A stretch of DNA of 64,000 nucleotides from a virus: positions 1 to 64,000 of IMG/VR virus record IMGVR_UViG_3300049846_000430; one strand, given 5' to 3'. Every line of letters starts with the position of its first letter. Position 1 is the stretch's first letter. The notes under the pieces are model-generated. The model did no database searches. It saw only the letters and a program-made list of their open reading frames with translations, and was not told where the DNA came from. Made by a program: the position numbers and the translations under genes. Shown here piece by piece: positions 57,901-64,000 of the stretch.

Positions 57901-60900
57901 TTATTCAAACTATTACAACAGATGATAACGGGGAAACTGTTCTTAAAGATGAGACTATTGACATGTTCTATGATGAAGTGAAAAGAGAATATGAAAGAAT
58001 AAGAAGAGAAGGTAAAGAAGAAACTAGAACAAAAGATCTTCTTGAAGGATACAATGCTAAAGATGGAGTGAGGGTTGATAAGAATGCTGATTCTAAAGAT
58101 GATCAATCTAGAGCATATAAGTTTACTAAGACTGGTACACTTCTAAAAGAATTTGAAGGAACTGCGGGTGATAAATCTAAGATCAAAGATCCAACAATGC
58201 CTGAAGAAACTGCTCAAAGATTAGTAGAGGGTACTCAAAGTATTATTGTAAGAAGAGCAAAAGCTGCTAGTACCATTGGTCTTACAAGAAAAGGAGCTTC
58301 AGGTTCAGCTACTGTTACAACTAAAGATAAAAAAGGCAATGATGTAAATACCGGGTTTACTATTATAAACCGTGGCCAGGTGATAGTTACTGAAAAGAAC
58401 TTCAAAAAAATCTTAGATTCTCTTGGAGATGCTGTTTCTGTAGATAAAACAGATACCCATAAGTATAAGTTTGAATATAAAAATAAAGTTGGTTATGTAG
58501 AAACTCCTGACTTAGCAAGCTTCTTGAATGGGTATGAGCCATTCTATGTATATGACATGTACAAGGAAGGAACTGAAATACCCAAGAATGTTCTTAAGGA
58601 TATTGAAAAATCTGACTCACAACCAATTGATTATAAATCAAGACTTGAAGCATATGCTAGAAATTCTGATGTAGAAGATTTGTCTTTTGAAGAGGCTATA
58701 GTTAAAATGAATACTACTGTAGCTGATTTCAAACAATTCTTAAATACTAGATTGATGGATGAATTCAAAGAATTCAGTAAGACACTTGATGAAATTAAAG
58801 CAAAAAAAGGATTAAGTAAGTTTGTAACATTTGGTTTAACCAATGAAGATGGCAGAACAAATTCTGAAACTGCAAGGGCCGCTGCTCAGTTGAATCTTAC
58901 AACTGATGTTGAATACAATCTTATGCAGATATTCTTCAATGATTGGTTGAATACTAAAGCTTTAAATCAAATTCTTCTTGGTGATTCAGCAATGAGTTTG
59001 AAAGATGCTGTTGATGAGATTAAAAGAGCTAAGATGCAGAATGCCGCTGGTAAAAGTGCAGCTGCAACTATCATAGCTCCGGAGTATGGTATCAATCACA
59101 TCTTCCAACAGATGAGTTTGTTTACATTTACTGACACTGAGTTTGAAAAAATCTACAGTGGTGCCAATGCAAAAGGTGAAAGAGGTGATGCTCAGATGTA
59201 TCTTACACCTAAAGGACTTAGATATATTCTCTTTGGTCTTGGCAACTTAAATGAAGCTCAAGTAAAACTTCTTGATAAAATTGAAAGAGGTGATAAGATA
59301 ACAGCTGATGAATTCTTTGGTACAGTTGGAGAAGATGGTTTTAAAGATCAAGGTGCTGTATTTAACTCACTCAAGCTTGTATATGGTGATGGTAAAACAT
59401 ATCTGAAGATGTCTGCGGTAATTCTTACCAAAGAACTTACATCCAGAAAAGTGAATGGTCAGTGGGTAGCAAAAGAAACCAGAAAAGAACTTCATAATAT
59501 GCGTGTGAAGTTAGAGCAGTTTGAAGAAGAAAATCAGACTGTAACAATTGCTGGTGGAAGATCTGCTGTAAAAATGTTAAAGCAGAATGTACTTAGAGAT
59601 ACGGATATGTTCTCTGAAGGATTGCTATCTAAAGACAATGCAACTATTCTAGATACAAACTTTATGAGATTACAGCTGGTCAATCCTTCCAACAAAATTG
59701 TAATTACAGATCCAACTCAGATGAAAACTTTGATTACATCTGAACAAAGTGATAATGTTGAAGTACTTCTTCCTGGATCTGATAAAGTAACCACACTTGG
59801 TGCTATTCGTGAGAAATATAATGAAGCTATATCAAATAGATCTAAACTCAAGTTCATTAACAGAAGAAACTTGATATTTAACTTTGATATTGATGTTGCA
59901 ATGGATGAATTGCATAAGAGTGTTAAATCTGGTCAGATTACTGCTAACTTGTTCAGCTTTCTACAATATGCAACAGAGAGTTTAAAAGCATCACAGTCTT
60001 CATCTAACATTCTTGAATTCTTTAATCCAGAGAACCAAGACAGATATAATCTCAATAATCCTCTTACCATTACAAAGTTTGAACAGTTGTTTCTCAGATA
60101 CTTTAATAATGGTGTATTTAGTGAAAAGATTCCTGGTCATTCAGTTGCTTTGATGTCTGATGTTGGAGTTAAGATTTATAGAAGAGTCTTCTCTGTAGAA
60201 ACACTTGAGGATGGTACCATTGTTCCAGATAGGTTTGAAGTAATTAGGGAAAAGGTTTGGGAAGCCATGCCGGATAAACCTCCAGTTGTTTTTGATGTAA
60301 CTGATAATCCAACTCTGCAGGGTCTTGAAGAAGCTATTAAAGCTAGTGGTAAAAAAGGTGTTGTTATCATTGATAATCTAAGACATAATCTCAAAGAGTA
60401 CAATGAGAAAGGTAAATATACAAAAACAAGATATTCTGAAGCATTAATACCAGCTCACTTCAAAGATGTAATGACACATGTTGAGGATTCTGTTGATGAT
60501 CCTAAGAGTGCTGAAGAAATTACACAAGAATGGAAAGCATGGATTAATGAAGAAAGATGGTCACCAAAAGCAAAAGCTTACATTATCAGACAAAACATTG
60601 AAGACTTTGACCGTAATAGATCAAAGAAAGAATTTGCTAAAGCATTTGGTTATACTTATGAAGAGAATGAAAAAGGTAATGTTAAGTTTACTGCTAGAGA
60701 AAAGAGTAAGTATATGAATGAGATTCCGGATGCTGTAGCTAAAATGTTTGGTATCCGTATTCCTTCACAGGATAAACACTCTGCTGTAAATATTAAAGTA
60801 GTTGACTTCTTACCAGTATTCTATGGATCAACCGGTATATTCCCTCCACAACTCATTGAGATATCTGGAGCTGACTTTGACATTGATAAACTCTATATAC

Positions 60901-63900
60901 ACATCAAACAGTGGTTTATGGAGAATGGAGATTTTGTTGAGTACGGTACTGCAAAAAATGACAAAGATGGATATCAGCAATACATTAACTATGTAAACCA
61001 GGAAGTTTATAAAGGTGGTTCCGCATTTGCCGAGGCATTTGAGAAGTATATGAGTGATCAAGGTGTAACTGAAAGAAATCAATTAAGTATTGAGGATATC
61101 CTTGATGCAAGAGATGCTGGCTTTAATGCTGATGCAGTAGATGCTCTTATGATGCTTGGTCTTCCTGTAACACTTAAACAGTACAAAGCTTATAAGAAAA
61201 AGAATCAATCAGAGCCATATGAAGCTCCTTATAACAACCAAGTTTTAGATTATAAGTTTGCTCTACTTGGTAATGAGCATGTAACAAATACTCCTGGACG
61301 TAATGTTCCAATATCATATGAACCTGCTGATCTAGAACCTTTAAAAGAGGTTTGGGATTTTATTAAGGATGAACTTCCTGAACTTGCTGAATTGGTAAAA
61401 GAAGAAGGGGTTGATATTGATAATCTCTTTGGTAAACTTAAAGCTTGGACCAATAACAAAGAAGGTGCAAACTCAATTGGTGCTGTGGTACTTCCAAACA
61501 TTTACTTGAGTTTGATGAAAGAGTATGATATTTCAATTAGACGTGAGAAAGTAGGTAAGCTTGGTGAGACAATTCCTCAGATTACTCTTAATGGTTACAC
61601 ATTCAGACACTTTGGTAAAGATCCAGAAGATCCTCAAATAACTGGTAACTATGAAATTGTTGATGGTAAAGAAAATAAAAATGGTGCAAGAAGACAGTAT
61701 GTAATATCTGCTTTGATTACAGCAATGACAGATAACGCCAAAGAAAGACTTGCTGCTAAACTTGGTCTGAACAAAGACGCACTTGCTGTTGTTGCAAACC
61801 TTACTGCTTTGGGTGTTCCAATTAAAACTTCCATTCTTTTGATTAACAATCCAATCATTAAGGAAGAATATTTTAATGCTGTAAACAAAGAAGATCCTTA
61901 TGATCCAGGTATTAAATCTCTTATCAGAAGAAGACTTAAAAACTTAGATGAGGTATTTGGCCCAGATATTCCTTTGGTTCCTGTTACAGATGATCTTTTA
62001 AAAGAATCTATTATTAATGCTAGAGTTTTTAATGACTTTAGTCAATCAAAATCATTTAATGTTAATATACTTAAAGAGCTGAAAAAGGAAAATCTTTACA
62101 CACTTACTGATGCATCAATTGATAAATCAATACTTACTCAGTTCTATAATGCTCATAAACTTAAAACCTTTACCGGCAACATTGGAAATATTGTAAACTT
62201 AGTTTCTGATATTGGATCTTCTTTTGAAGATATTATAGGCAGAGAAGAGTCAATTAGAAAACTTGGTCTTGAGTTAAATGATGAAGATTTTGAAAATCTT
62301 GTTGATGATGATGATGCACCTGTACCTATAGATGTAAGAAAGTTGTTTAAGGGAGATACTTGGCAGGCTACTTATTACAAAATGTATAAGGAACTGACAG
62401 AGCAATTGCTTCCTACAGTATTCTTAAGTCAGACCAAAGCCTTTAAAAATATTTATGAAAAACTTAAGGCTGCTTTCTTGGGCGGTGATGATAGTAATTT
62501 CTTCATGACTCCAGAAAGACTTAATAAAATGAGTAAGGACTTCTTGTCTTATCTGACTATTAAGTCATATATGCAGGAACTTGGCAGATCAAATGGTATC
62601 AGAAAACAATCATTGGCTTCTCTTACTAATGAGCTTATATACCCACAAGCAAACTCAGATATTAACATCAACAAGATCATAAGTAATCTTAAAGCTAAGT
62701 ATGAAGCTGAGGGTAGAACTAATTATTTCTTGCAGGCTTTTGCTTACAATGACCCGGCTAGTAGTCCTAAAAACAATACAGGTCTTGATACAGTTATTGC
62801 ATCTACGTTTGCTAAACTTAGTGAAGCTCAGAAAATTAAAGTGCAAGATGGGTTTATTGATCTGTATGGTCCGGCTGAAACAAGGCTGGATGCATTGCAC
62901 ATCCTTCACTACATAATGGTAAAAGATGGTCTTCAGTTTGCTTATGGTACACTCCTAGATGCTATTACACCTTTTATACTTGACAAATACTTAAGTACAA
63001 TTAACAATACGCATAAGGCTTTTGAAACTGGTGTTGACACCAAAGCTTTTGAAACTGTATTTGGCATGGACTATGAAGATTTGATAAATGATTTCATCAT
63101 GAACTATATGGAATCAAACAAAAACAATTACCTGCTGAAGACAATAAAAAGTGTAGTTAATAAAAAGAACATACCAGTTTATAATCCTATTGTTAGTGAT
63201 GCTCAAATAACAGGTACTCTTACTTTAGGAGAAGTTGTATCTAACCCACAAAACTTTTATGTCTTTGGAGAAAACCAAAATGAAGAAGGTTATGTTGATC
63301 AGTTAGCTGTTAGGGGTCAGAGTAATACTTTTGGTCTTATTTTTAAAAAGGGTTTTGCTAGAAATAAAGAAAACTATTTTAAAGATAAAGAACTGGATGA
63401 ATTTGTTAAAATTTTTAGTGCTGGTATAGCATTTCTTAAAACTGTTGAAAAACCAATTCTATTTCCGGCAAGAATTATTGGTGCAAATGACAGAGAGTAT
63501 ATGCAGAAAAATACTCCTGAAATTTACAAGCATATCAAAAATACACTGATAGACAACTTTGATTACGATATTGATGGAGTTGAAAAAGTTGCAGGCACTG
63601 TTAGCAAAGCTGAGGCAGCAAAATCTCCTATAAGAATTGACAAGAGTGGTGCCGCAGAGAAATTATATATAGATTTGTATAATGGTATCTACCAAATTAA
63701 TATAGATGCTGAAGGTACCAAAATTCAAAGAAATGCTGTAGCAGGTCCTAAACAAAAAGAAATGAGAGAGGCAAATCAAAAGTATATACAAGATGCTGGT
63801 TTCAAAACAAGAACATTCATTAAAAAGGAAGGGGATAAAAAAGAATTTACCACAGAAATAATTTTACCTCCATACTTTAGAATTGAACATAAGAATCAGC

Positions 63901-64000
63901 TTGATGAAAGAACTTATGATTTTTATAAATTGGTTAAAGTCTATACATCAACAGGAATTGATACACAAAACTTGATATCAAAAGATCCAAACCGATTGCA
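48945..64000 (+). CDS. Giant virion polyprotein (>5000 aa, 3'-truncated by the window edge): hydrophobic N-domain, zincin, crAss-type two-barrel RNA polymerase
   Basis: ATG 48945, 3 nt after the previous stop. In-frame motifs HEAFH (55605)...EEYLAD (55803), DEIKR (~59013), GIRIPSQ (60750), GADFDIDK (D at 60873) and AMTDNAKE (~61722). Absent from the ORF track, consistent with no in-window stop codon. Confidence 0.9.
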   Translation, partial: MELNNNMIPVAPDNMPSADQQLNGNPYVIDAAPGTDPSENFNFQPVSDFFESPTNSDLVIGVDEDYLNMLRPLSTSVNKYINPPNGNLRNPYPTYASDTYNPYSQQRGLNLSTREGRLAALKNPGATAEIFTPGGPAQPEIADPVYSSIRDTNFDRYYAHPKFEELGWQPYANNEEYYNANSSTWDDSVRMWGQFSGLFGTGFVSGYRSIADLFDGDDYLSTADLDSATEFSDAMRIGMSSREGFMAGINNFALNSAYTFGIIGSIAAEELALALMASTGVGAIPAAARTGANVTRAGRAIVNFFDVGKALNATRQMLKGLNQADRARDFYNTMRSGGKFVGDFFLPETMAAIRSMNTTQNGVQNLSNLSKAARGFGGFYRDLRGINLAMSESKLEAGMVYNDKFADISANLNEKNGGTGLTPTDVAKAHDVAAKSSFATLWWNAPLIYLSNKIVLGTALGGMNKTLGRVFDEKLTGFGKRLIRTKPLTDASGKISRDVFEDAGEGMFGGLLPSMKRIKGYTVGGSLKAAGHGAARYFAANLTEGAQELAQEAIAVGTKDYYTQLFEDPAAAGYDVFKTALSSAISSQMNAQGFETFMSGFMMGGVVQGPQKLLFQGLPNAMQYTFNREAYDKYKTAKNDYIQNLVKTHNEAWNTMADDPTAMFDPTKLNFLVQKQVASEMKQSAYVDDVFGFIDAKDFGKFNQMYTIFSNGTANQFKDQLQGFQSLTDEELNQAFPGFKADIKSGKFRERIDTTLNQIDETEKAYNDAQNKFQNPFDSRKFKKGTKEFIDEALKERAFEHAKYLYMFTQDGFKRAVERAESIYSEMASEPVISKIAANDLSVLMDIDSINNELAVLLKEASIEATTPEEEKIAADKTERMMHLTEIKKVLTDPGNLNSNGILDRRKINKLYKPFQNYVNFLAKSKNDFVNKDAVVNALKKISDYNALKERAKVYDKAIEYLNNPERLTEMVNRTRAIFEDLFRNNKTMFEKNIKKHVKNLEANEFLNKLVKIGVYPNADQVVEFLKTGDVNVLKEFFSEDGVVDVMNDPKRFLQIAGLVRSYNEITGKEEVKEETEEEPEEEAAEPGAKQKSFEDTLDDLDIDTSSMPGVKPKPAKETVVETNDPSQSPYGKKILEEVYNKYRAEQLAIGNTYLPYNEWAKTEKTQTVIAALQALKVAWAKTVTKESLAKRGTDVSTPQLAEAAIKFVIKQDVGFSQWLQSKKDEPSVRKVLDEAGLTFDALAPVAPGKNEGKDSVVKDKKNTKWHKKGPGVNILKITSSDNEGNKTTYYQLVDNNGDGLSEAILKAAGVSINGTYSKAKAAEEAQKKILDAMPDTTPFQFDGVMVRFGATVTDNKGKEFIVLGTPSKVAKGGKLFLLPKEKQTLKGVKEREKASIKVSEGEFNGFYTVEDLKFSEPVDKNVSKLTVVDLLKSYPRNNRGEERAEAQKRFDIIMNAVTAEEFENDIEFVVRRNEGAGSETGPYRAGSKEPNPQIIKTTETYNIGIRIGNPALQQRLDAMLEEKGFVPSDSADGIIGFMPNNSYKLLDKNGKQISILSLDPENFDQYFGGRGTLQDIKTAYATQQLLVNAISELIGEASFAVVKPSELKDKVTFSFQSLYKQDALPISLDQLNDYYGTEDGKGYTVDGKNVIIYDNKRVRTEKGYSYSTTVVSNLKPGKRLSDLSDKIEDELKASGKWEKATDPVAGLGRYVIVIRQPNGELTLAQLKQNKIDKEEVYGFIKELVQRAQDTVDNNIENIDDLPRNALGVITNTKDARAKNLDYNYKWNEEFNNKFYLAEMPGIDVEMKVTAWGRIEISFYDKKNKESLTAAPLKIFPELFAKALADPQELLDKIQSLLDSDPTLKKQKISVQPQNFRASFPESRDAQVIIDNTKTQLDPRVRFDYKIIVTGDSSQVQALANISTPITPEDITAAQGPVSEDTLEHIAKKLNTPGSTLSKYEQEIYNINQSRIEKIRKDLAGKSSLDTSEDTYDGINQMSDDEFNSYADDEFMMLPLDIKNQIAAKILKTGVASLSARERQVMNSDAGSMINGLVSKLVSEAVNTPSEVAPVTEETFTQGNEIEQIKAEIASLKLQIDAREELLMKESSNPKESFTKINNDSELKALKKRRNDLNNKLIANKILPAAPLTPYDGETIQQFVDWATNNLPDFISIADINTLRGNLMGKGVRVGAFVLSLADIAGGINVQGTLYTGASSPFRYHEAFHAVFRMLLTDEQIKKYLALGKKELLAKYKAEGKSYQAEMEKFRNTAPMYREMTPERLEQEFIEEYLADKFEEFKKSPAKTQTAPEIKSLFQRIIEWIKSIFKRFTKNELNSLYENIDSGKYRTTAVQDNMFTNSLVKGITVEANKLIPIETYEDERGNIGYKYMDPAAADGLIANIAAMYISREDKAIAASKNGLINRGEILDETIIDFMVMYNPEAEHNSTLDRSLWAPLFEKFNALKDYTEFVKQGVIERLALLDVSAEEGAYDFEQFEQEAGLRNVSDYKRGVEQIGGFESISKELRRYIGSTTITNADEFGNTELTPGESLIVPVDFNEAYNGILKAVKNTTNPLDFFTKMYFFGQTNRQTEAVVRRLFQDIGVTDEQILNDDLPASVKNPLLFQRVLKGFESFRLDYIFIHTNPKDGKTYIYSAANRDDTSAQIDRWSAAYDIKFQNMVNNIKTWRETKRILARVEKYFNPAEAFETLSDRRLQIISRYLSRNLYELTGIKLSAGYIEFSIASGIINKTRYQNALLRANQKSEALNYDDIKQFAIQIEAAYNDAIKNRGYTSIFSDTAGVGMPARLRRMAFGNAPFDETIGNSVFKNPNGDLVYAHQAATYHLKAITDLNDVETLERLQESDPFLFNNILLNSPAFKALAAEDRLRVLRVAGSKKSALDKTDEGNYAETGGINVNDEATTYGDSSPRQFILNLINSYTYNYNHTTGKNDTIIAIDPITGEEKETAIAPSLIRVIEASNTGDMTGLPVIQTITTDDNGETVLKDETIDMFYDEVKREYERIRREGKEETRTKDLLEGYNAKDGVRVDKNADSKDDQSRAYKFTKTGTLLKEFEGTAGDKSKIKDPTMPEETAQRLVEGTQSIIVRRAKAASTIGLTRKGASGSATVTTKDKKGNDVNTGFTIINRGQVIVTEKNFKKILDSLGDAVSVDKTDTHKYKFEYKNKVGYVETPDLASFLNGYEPFYVYDMYKEGTEIPKNVLKDIEKSDSQPIDYKSRLEAYARNSDVEDLSFEEAIVKMNTTVADFKQFLNTRLMDEFKEFSKTLDEIKAKKGLSKFVTFGLTNEDGRTNSETARAAAQLNLTTDVEYNLMQIFFNDWLNTKALNQILLGDSAMSLKDAVDEIKRAKMQNAAGKSAAATIIAPEYGINHIFQQMSLFTFTDTEFEKIYSGANAKGERGDAQMYLTPKGLRYILFGLGNLNEAQVKLLDKIERGDKITADEFFGTVGEDGFKDQGAVFNSLKLVYGDGKTYLKMSAVILTKELTSRKVNGQWVAKETRKELHNMRVKLEQFEEENQTVTIAGGRSAVKMLKQNVLRDTDMFSEGLLSKDNATILDTNFMRLQLVNPSNKIVITDPTQMKTLITSEQSDNVEVLLPGSDKVTTLGAIREKYNEAISNRSKLKFINRRNLIFNFDIDVAMDELHKSVKSGQITANLFSFLQYATESLKASQSSSNILEFFNPENQDRYNLNNPLTITKFEQLFLRYFNNGVFSEKIPGHSVALMSDVGVKIYRRVFSVETLEDGTIVPDRFEVIREKVWEAMPDKPPVVFDVTDNPTLQGLEEAIKASGKKGVVIIDNLRHNLKEYNEKGKYTKTRYSEALIPAHFKDVMTHVEDSVDDPKSAEEITQEWKAWINEERWSPKAKAYIIRQNIEDFDRNRSKKEFAKAFGYTYEENEKGNVKFTAREKSKYMNEIPDAVAKMFGIRIPSQDKHSAVNIKVVDFLPVFYGSTGIFPPQLIEISGADFDIDKLYIHIKQWFMENGDFVEYGTAKNDKDGYQQYINYVNQEVYKGGSAFAEAFEKYMSDQGVTERNQLSIEDILDARDAGFNADAVDALMMLGLPVTLKQYKAYKKKNQSEPYEAPYNNQVLDYKFALLGNEHVTNTPGRNVPISYEPADLEPLKEVWDFIKDELPELAELVKEEGVDIDNLFGKLKAWTNNKEGANSIGAVVLPNIYLSLMKEYDISIRREKVGKLGETIPQITLNGYTFRHFGKDPEDPQITGNYEIVDGKENKNGARRQYVISALITAMTDNAKERLAAKLGLNKDALAVVANLTALGVPIKTSILLINNPIIKEEYFNAVNKEDPYDPGIKSLIRRRLKNLDEVFGPDIPLVPVTDDLLKESIINARVFNDFSQSKSFNVNILKELKKENLYTLTDASIDKSILTQFYNAHKLKTFTGNIGNIVNLVSDIGSSFEDIIGREESIRKLGLELNDEDFENLVDDDDAPVPIDVRKLFKGDTWQATYYKMYKELTEQLLPTVFLSQTKAFKNIYEKLKAAFLGGDDSNFFMTPERLNKMSKDFLSYLTIKSYMQELGRSNGIRKQSLASLTNELIYPQANSDININKIISNLKAKYEAEGRTNYFLQAFAYNDPASSPKNNTGLDTVIASTFAKLSEAQKIKVQDGFIDLYGPAETRLDALHILHYIMVKDGLQFAYGTLLDAITPFILDKYLSTINNTHKAFETGVDTKAFETVFGMDYEDLINDFIMNYMESNKNNYLLKTIKSVVNKKNIPVYNPIVSDAQITGTLTLGEVVSNPQNFYVFGENQNEEGYVDQLAVRGQSNTFGLIFKKGFARNKENYFKDKELDEFVKIFSAGIAFLKTVEKPILFPARIIGANDREYMQKNTPEIYKHIKNTLIDNFDYDIDGVEKVAGTVSKAEAAKSPIRIDKSGAAEKLYIDLYNGIYQINIDAEGTKIQRNAVAGPKQKEMREANQKYIQDAGFKTRTFIKKEGDKKEFTTEIILPPYFRIEHKNQLDERTYDFYKLVKVYTSTGIDTQNLISKDPNRL

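Larger units (their letters stand above)
1..64000 (+). mobile_element. Segment of a crAss-like (Crassvirales-related) bacteriophage genome: packaging, capsid, tail and ejected-protein/virion RNAP modules
   Basis: Gene order TerL-portal-scaffold-like-MCP-ring proteins-IHF-like-tail tube-tail stabilisation-large cargo proteins-giant RNAP with DFDIDK motif matches the crAss-like virion block; no host housekeeping genes or integrase seen. Confidence 0.9.

Noticed and set aside
720-62916. Numerous short minus-strand and alternate-frame ORFs in the ORF track (e.g. 44559..45422 -, 11077..11559 -, and all listed ORFs beyond 50 kb)
   Set aside because: They lie antisense to or out of frame within long, motif-bearing + strand genes, including the unlisted giant ORF, and have shadow-ORF composition
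1-64000. Stop-codon reassignment (TAG or TGA recoding, known in some crAss-like phages)
   Set aside because: Genes are long and intact in the standard code, and both TAG (2448) and TGA (3156, 3395, 3667, 19913) are used as apparent stops
45738-64000. GG dipeptides in the last two ORFs (e.g. KADGG, MRSGG, VAKGG) as further cleavage motifs
   Set aside because: They are sparse, lack the Y/F-GG and L-x-K-x-Q context and do not obviously fall at domain borders, so they were not counted
1-64000. tRNA or rRNA genes
   Set aside because: Intergenic gaps are short and none shows a cloverleaf or T-loop GTTCGA signature
1-64000. Apparent CpG depletion with CG concentrated in CCGG/CGT contexts (possible restriction-site avoidance)
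   Set aside because: Visual impression only; it needs k-mer observed/expected counts that I cannot compute here

Overview
This window is a 64-kb segment of a lytic, AT-rich tailed phage genome of the crAss-like (Crassvirales-related) type, probably infecting a Bacteroidota host (TAnnTTTG promoter elements, no Shine-Dalgarno motifs). Almost all genes are on the + strand in the standard genetic code. The order is: small DNA-binding and nuclease genes, a GroES co-chaperonin, terminase large subunit, portal, scaffold-like protein, major capsid protein, a variable head-fibre cassette, ring and auxiliary capsid genes (interrupted by a Stealth-like/GT-A glycosyltransferase fusion and a Dps/ferritin-like gene), Cys-rich FN3 proteins, an IHF-like gene, tail ring proteins, and a 2050-aa tail stabilisation/muzzle protein with an inserted vWA domain. 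Five large putative ejected cargo proteins follow. The window ends inside a >5000-aa ORF (48945 to the edge, absent from the ORF track) that carries a zincin motif and the DFDIDK catalytic motif of the crAss-type virion RNA polymerase. The most striking observation is in the four cargo ORFs at 32.6-45.7 kb. They are punctuated by about 17 copies of a short motif ending in Gly-Gly (YQYGG, MKYGG, KRYGG, MAFGG and others). These motifs sit at the borders of discrete modules: an ADP-ribosyltransferase, a zincin protease, two peptidoglycan-binding modules and several unknown domains. This suggests a modular di-glycine-delimited polyprotein system for packaging or releasing injected effectors. Two hairpin-plus-terminator elements look like small RNAs, and a recurrent TTGTATATTA motif looks like a late promoter. 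All family assignments come from motif recognition and gene order, not database searches.
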